DNA of 64,000 nt, taken from an uncultured Bacteroidales bacterium (GTDB lineage: Bacteria > Bacteroidota > Bacteroidia > Bacteroidales > VadinHA17). The notes beneath the pieces were generated by a model. The model did no database searches. It worked only from the letters and a program-made list of their open reading frames with translations, and had not been told where the DNA came from. Positions 59,511 through 64,000 of this stretch are shown piece after piece. The stretch's first letter is position 1. Every line of letters starts with the position of its first letter. Location: positions 449,154-513,153 of the forward strand of contig CAVTDE010000003.1 of the NCBI GenBank assembly GCA_963733455.1, given 5' to 3'. A program made the position numbers and the translations under genes.

Positions 59511-59568
59511 TTTTTAAAAGCTATATTATAATATTCTTACATTCCTTCCTTTTAAATTTCAACCCCCT

Positions 59569-62500
59569 TTAATTCTGTAGCACCCACCTGACTGCATCGC
59601 CGATAACATAATTTCCGATCGATTGATTTGTCAATTCAACCTTTGCCGTATCTGATGACAGATAATATCTCCCCAGGTTATTCCAGCCGCTTTCGGCATT
59701 TTCATATTCCAGGGTTATCTCTTCAGTTCCCTGATCGTGAAAGATCTTGAAATGAAGGTCCCTGCAGGGACTTGAGCCTCCCTTTCCCCCTTCGCCCGGG
59801 GGAGGCGGCGGAGCGGCCGGACCACTGGTTCGGACCACAATCCCGTCGCTTGCTTTGCCGATGTAGGTGTAAATATCATAATAACCCGATTTGGCCAATG
59901 GAGCCTTCCATGTCAGGACCTTGTCTCCTGTCCCGCTCCGGGTATAGATTGAGGAACGTATATATTTGCCATAATATGACGACTGTACAACAGGTTGCCA
60001 GAATTCCGGAGCCCTCATAAGCCTTATCTGCTCATAGGTCTGCCCGTTCCTGCTTTTAACACCCAGAAGTCTTTTCAGAGGGCTGTCGGTATTTTGCCTT
60101 GTGAAAATAAATCCGGGGTCTTCATTGTCAACAATAGTTTCAAAGGGATCTTTAAGGTCAGGGATCCTGGTAATGGTCTCCGTATTTTCAAGTTCCGTTA
60201 CCTTGCTTTTTGCTTTTATTATTTCTTCGATTGGCATAATGATTTCTCCCGGTATGTTTTTGGCAAACAATGTGTTTATCTGCAATGCTCTGGGCTGGGC
60301 ATCAAGAACTATACTAATACTTTTTGCTTCTGCCGGTCCAAGGAATATTATTTTAGTGATGTCTGAAGCCTCCATTCCGCGGCCTTGCCCGGATACCTTG
60401 AAACTGCCGCCACCCCCGGCGAATTCAACAACTTCCATTACGGGTCCACCTCCGGGTTCACCAGCCCCGCCCATCCTGAATGACACATTGAATAAGCCTG
60501 CCACCGGCTCAGGGTTTGATGCCGTAAATGTTACCAGGTATCTCGAACGGTCCCCTACAATGATTTCGCTGGCTTTAAGATTTGAAAAAAGAAATCCGGG
60601 CTGTTCTTTCCTGCTGAACCAATCGCTGAGAAACGGGTAGAATTCAAAACCAAACTTCTGTTTTATATCTTCATTCATCCTGGTAATATCAACGCTCTTA
60701 AATTTGTTGTCATCAATATATTTTTTAAACCAGGTTTTGAATTCTTCAATTCCTGCCTTTGATCTTAAAAGATTAAAAAGGAAATCACCCTTAAGTGTCA
60801 ATATTGAACGGATCGTGTCACCCCCAGGATTCCGGGCAAGCAGTTCTTTAAAGCTTTTCTCTTTCAGGACAAGATTTGCCTTGTCGTTTTCCGAGAGCCC
60901 GCCGTTAAAATCAAAGAAATCGAAACCTTCGGTTGGGGCTGTAACCTTTTGGAGATGAGTTTCAAAAACAGCATTGATCACAGGATACTCTTCTGAGTAG
61001 AAATTGTTCTTAAAGAAGTAGAAGCTGGGCCCAAGGCGGTACCTTACCGGTTCATTCCAGGCAACGCCGTTTTCGTACCTGAAGCGTTCACCGCTTATAA
61101 AAGTATTACGTATGAAATCGTTGAATATTCTGACCTGGAGCTCTTTATCGGTGAGCACCTGGTTATTGCGCGCCATTCTTTTCTTCTGGCGGGTAAATCG
61201 TTTGGCAAATCCGGCATTCTGCAGTGTTGTAAGTCTTTCAGGAAGGAGGACCATTGAGGGCTGGACTTCTGCCCTTGTTTGTGTATTTCTCCGCGGGTAA
61301 GAATAGTACTGAACGGGCACTTCAATAATACTCAGTGTTTTAAAAGGATATTTTGTGGAGAAGTTGGTTTCGAGTTCTCTCATTACACCCGATATCAGTA
61401 ATGATAAGGTGTCTTTTAATTCTGCAAGGTCCTTTTTATAAAAATCATTACCAGGGAAATGGTAACTGAGATATTCGACCGAATCAACCCTGAGCGTATC
61501 CGTCAAATAGTTTCCGATAGCAAGTGTAAGTCCTGTTAGCGGTGTTTCAGAACTGAAACTACAGGTTCCGTTTCCAGGTTGTGATTTTCCCTGAGATACA
61601 GCTGAAAGGCCATTTTTAGTGTGAACATTAATAGTATATCTTGTAAAATCAATTTTAATCTTTGCCGGGTTTGACGGATAGTAATTTAGTCCTGCAACAG
61701 GATACCAGTGAGATTCAGGTGTAAGAAGCACATAGTTTTCTGTAAGAAATGCCTGCCGTTTATTTACATTGACCATTTCAATCCTGTATGGATTCTCTTT
61801 TATGTTATCGGCGTAGTCGGGGAAACAGAAAGATTCATTGACGCTACCTGAATAAAATATCGTAAGGGAGTCGGAAAGACCTGTCTCCAGCTTGTTACCT
61901 GGAACAATTTCAATGATCTGATTTATCCTCTTGAATTCCAGTTCCTTATCAGCAGAGGTAATTTTTAAAACTATGAGGGATGGATTAAGTGAAAACAGGT
62001 AAGTATCAAGAGGTTCGTTATTCTGATTGGTTATTTTGAGTCCGGCTGATGCTTCAAATGTTACACCTTTGTGATCAAAATCAATGATTGCATTTTCGAC
62101 TGATGGAAACATCCGGTTTTCATACTGCCTGTCAGTCTCAATAACCAGCTTTTTGTCGTTGACTTTTCTGCTGTAATCACCCCAGGTGTTTGATCCTGTA
62201 ATAAAGGCACCCGACGAAAAAACAATGAGCATTACTATTGTAAGGACTTTATGGAACTTTGATTGGGGCAACCGTTTGAACAGGAGAATAGTACCCATTA
62301 CCATTGCCATTCCAAGAAAAAAGTAAAGCAGTCTCTGGTTTATAATAAGATTCAGGTTATCAAATCCTATTACTCCCGATTTAAAGACAGGAAGTCCAAA
62401 TGCCATGTAATCGAAGATCGATCCTGCCCTGAAATACAGATAGAACATATCAAGTGCCGCATAGCCAAGAAGTATCATAAAGGTAATTGCCTGATTCCTT

Positions 62501-63015
62501 ATAACCTGCATCAGCATAAAGGCAAGTCCGAGGCTGAAGACAATTGTGGGGACGCAAATGATGAGAAGGTAACTCAGATATGACATCAGATCGATTGTCA
62601 TGCTGTTTGAGATAATGTTCATCAGCAGGCCAATGCAGAGGATAATTACATCGAGACCAAGGAAAAGCCTGAGGATACCTATTGTTTTCCCCGTTATGTA
62701 CTCGAAGTTCGACATTGAACGCGTGTAAAGAACTTCATTTGTGTCAAGCTTCTTATCCTGTTTCAGGAAGTCAGAAGCCAGAAAGATCACTATAAAGGCC
62801 TGCCCTATATTCAGAAGGTAAAGATTAATAAGCGGAACCGACGAAGGAATTGCAACAAGGTCCCAGGGTTCGTCACCAATTGGTGAGAACAGGCCGATAT
62901 TCATAAACGTAAGAATAAAAAGGGCTCCAATTGAAAAGAGCCTGAAAAACCAGCTTCGTCTCAGGGTTTTTGCCTCGTATTGTGCAACTGTGCGGATGTT
63001 ATGGAGGAATGACAT
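59569..63015 (-). CDS. ABC-2-type permease fused to a large M1-aminopeptidase-like (non-catalytic) ectodomain and a C-terminal golvesin/CBM-like beta domain
   Basis: 1148 aa with about 7 TM helices in the first 270 residues. The middle region follows the M1 N-domain/catalytic-domain layout but has no GAMEN and no HEXXH anywhere. There are Gly/Pro-rich linkers (GGAGEPGGGP, AAPPPPPGEGGKGG). The C-terminus ...GWNNLGRYYLSSDTAKVELTNQ...GDAVRW resembles the golvesin C-terminal-like domain. Confidence 0.7.
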   Translation of the reverse strand: MSFLHNIRTVAQYEAKTLRRSWFFRLFSIGALFILTFMNIGLFSPIGDEPWDLVAIPSSVPLINLYLLNIGQAFIVIFLASDFLKQDKKLDTNEVLYTRSMSNFEYITGKTIGILRLFLGLDVIILCIGLLMNIISNSMTIDLMSYLSYLLIICVPTIVFSLGLAFMLMQVIRNQAITFMILLGYAALDMFYLYFRAGSIFDYMAFGLPVFKSGVIGFDNLNLIINQRLLYFFLGMAMVMGTILLFKRLPQSKFHKVLTIVMLIVFSSGAFITGSNTWGDYSRKVNDKKLVIETDRQYENRMFPSVENAIIDFDHKGVTFEASAGLKITNQNNEPLDTYLFSLNPSLIVLKITSADKELEFKRINQIIEIVPGNKLETGLSDSLTIFYSGSVNESFCFPDYADNIKENPYRIEMVNVNKRQAFLTENYVLLTPESHWYPVAGLNYYPSNPAKIKIDFTRYTINVHTKNGLSAVSQGKSQPGNGTCSFSSETPLTGLTLAIGNYLTDTLRVDSVEYLSYHFPGNDFYKKDLAELKDTLSLLISGVMRELETNFSTKYPFKTLSIIEVPVQYYSYPRRNTQTRAEVQPSMVLLPERLTTLQNAGFAKRFTRQKKRMARNNQVLTDKELQVRIFNDFIRNTFISGERFRYENGVAWNEPVRYRLGPSFYFFKNNFYSEEYPVINAVFETHLQKVTAPTEGFDFFDFNGGLSENDKANLVLKEKSFKELLARNPGGDTIRSILTLKGDFLFNLLRSKAGIEEFKTWFKKYIDDNKFKSVDITRMNEDIKQKFGFEFYPFLSDWFSRKEQPGFLFSNLKASEIIVGDRSRYLVTFTASNPEPVAGLFNVSFRMGGAGEPGGGPVMEVVEFAGGGGSFKVSGQGRGMEASDITKIIFLGPAEAKSISIVLDAQPRALQINTLFAKNIPGEIIMPIEEIIKAKSKVTELENTETITRIPDLKDPFETIVDNEDPGFIFTRQNTDSPLKRLLGVKSRNGQTYEQIRLMRAPEFWQPVVQSSYYGKYIRSSIYTRSGTGDKVLTWKAPLAKSGYYDIYTYIGKASDGIVVRTSGPAAPPPPPGEGGKGGSSPCRDLHFKIFHDQGTEEITLEYENAESGWNNLGRYYLSSDTAKVELTNQSIGNYVIGDAVRWVLQN

Positions 63016-63031
63016 AAGTACCTGCTATGTG

Positions 63032-63925
63032 TTATTCAATGATAGTGGTGTTAAGCTTATGTTCCATAAAATAAACATACGCATGTTCAATATTTGGCAC
63101 TATGGCTGTTGAGGCATACTCAGGGGTATCGTCGGACACTATCTGGACTTCCCATCCTGATTCAACAGGTATTGTTGATATTACATTGTATTGTTCCTTG
63201 ACTTTTTCATACTCAAAAGGTGTGAGATGGAGCTTAAATACATGTCCTTCAGCATGTTTCACAAGATTCTCCGGCGAACCGGAGAATACAAGCTCTCCCC
63301 TGTTCAAAAGTGCCATACCCTGGCAGGTTGAAGATATATCTCCGACAATATGGGTTGATAAAATTATCGTGACATCGTTCCGGCTAAGCTGCGATAATAT
63401 ATTCCGGAACCTTATCCTTTCATCAGGGTCAAGTCCGGTTGTGGGCTCATCAACAATGATGATCCTGGGATTGCCGATGAGTGCCTGAGCAATTCCCAGT
63501 CTTCTTTTCATACCTCCCGAAAGCCTGTTTGCCTGCCGGTCACGCACTTCAAGCAATCCTACCTGATCGAGAAGTCTGTCAACCTCTTTGATCCTTTCTT
63601 TTCTGCTTTTTAGTCCTGCAAGAGCACCGGAGTAATCGAGGAACTCCCATGTCTTAAGGGATGTAAAAAAACGGAAATCCTGCGGAAGATAACCCAGCAT
63701 GGTCCTTAATTCCTTCCTGTGCTTCTGTATGTCCCTTCCATCTATAAGGACCAATCCTGAAGTCGGCTTCATCAAAAGAACCATAATGCGCATAAGGCTT
63801 GATTTTCCCGCGCCGTTAGGCCCCAGAAGACCGAACATTCCAGTACCGAATTCAAGGTTAATGTCTTTTAAAGCATGATTGCCGTTCGGGTATATCTTGT
63901 TAAGTCCCTGAATTTCAATTTTCAT
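63032..63925 (-). CDS. ABC transporter ATP-binding protein (ABC-2/DrrA subfamily with a C-terminal accessory domain)
   Basis: 297 aa with Walker A GLLGPNGAGKSS, Q-loop LGYLPQ, signature LSGGMKRRLGIAQ and Walker B IIIVDEPTTGLDP. It is a paralogue of the ATPase part of 49055-50638. Confidence 0.93.
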   Translation of the reverse strand: MKIEIQGLNKIYPNGNHALKDINLEFGTGMFGLLGPNGAGKSSLMRIMVLLMKPTSGLVLIDGRDIQKHRKELRTMLGYLPQDFRFFTSLKTWEFLDYSGALAGLKSRKERIKEVDRLLDQVGLLEVRDRQANRLSGGMKRRLGIAQALIGNPRIIIVDEPTTGLDPDERIRFRNILSQLSRNDVTIILSTHIVGDISSTCQGMALLNRGELVFSGSPENLVKHAEGHVFKLHLTPFEYEKVKEQYNVISTIPVESGWEVQIVSDDTPEYASTAIVPNIEHAYVYFMEHKLNTTIIE

Positions 63926-64000
63926 ACATCAATCCTACTTGTTATTGCCGTTTGGTAGCATATTAATTTGACGTATAAAAGACGGTTAAAATTTCAAATG

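Noticed and set aside
60101-60640. 179-aa ORF antisense to the 1148-aa permease gene (and similar antisense ORFs across the operon)
   Set aside because: It is a shadow ORF opposite a long supported CDS. Its Pro/Gly/Ser-rich translation mirrors the Gly/Pro linkers of the sense protein.

Overview
This 64-kb window is a chromosomal segment that looks like an anaerobic Bacteroidota genome. The evidence is the T9SS translocon SprA, SusA-like and other GH13 amylases with GH65 and PgmB, TAnnTTTG -7 boxes, lipoprotein signal peptides and about 40% GC. Most of it is housekeeping: dxr, rseP, tatA, pepA, pdxA, ruvA, sprA, gcvH, rimP-nusA-infB and an initiator-type tRNA-Met.

Four accessory or unusual blocks stand out:
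1. 3.1-10.0 kb: an AraC-linked operon encoding a corrinoid protein, two methyltransferases, a fused MetV-MetF and Fhs. This is a corrinoid-dependent methyl-transfer and THF C1 module of the type known from acetogens and O-demethylating anaerobes.
2. 10.1-14.4 kb: an orphan HlyD adaptor with a TolC gene, followed by a decayed IS21 transposase remnant and tRNA-fMet. Next comes an Avd-like four-helix-bundle gene bracketed by inverted heptamer arrays (GTTGGCA x3 / TGCCAAC x11).
3. 30.7-38.6 kb: a maltose/maltodextrin locus (SLC45-like MFS transporter, PgmB, GH65, two GH13 enzymes).
4. 48.3-63.9 kb: a 15.6-kb single-strand operon. A TolC / adaptor / tandem-RND pump is bracketed by two paralogous ABC-2 modules. 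One permease carries a catalytically dead M1-aminopeptidase-like ectodomain. One ATPase has membrane helices inserted inside its nucleotide-binding domain and, as assembled, is fused to the second RND permease.

The last block is my best candidate for an undescribed system.

There is an important caveat. At least five genes here are broken by +1 frameshifts that map to short homopolymers, so the assembly probably over-calls homopolymers. The RND::ABC fusion depends on a single A in an A5 run. No CRISPR array, rRNA or intact mobile element was seen.
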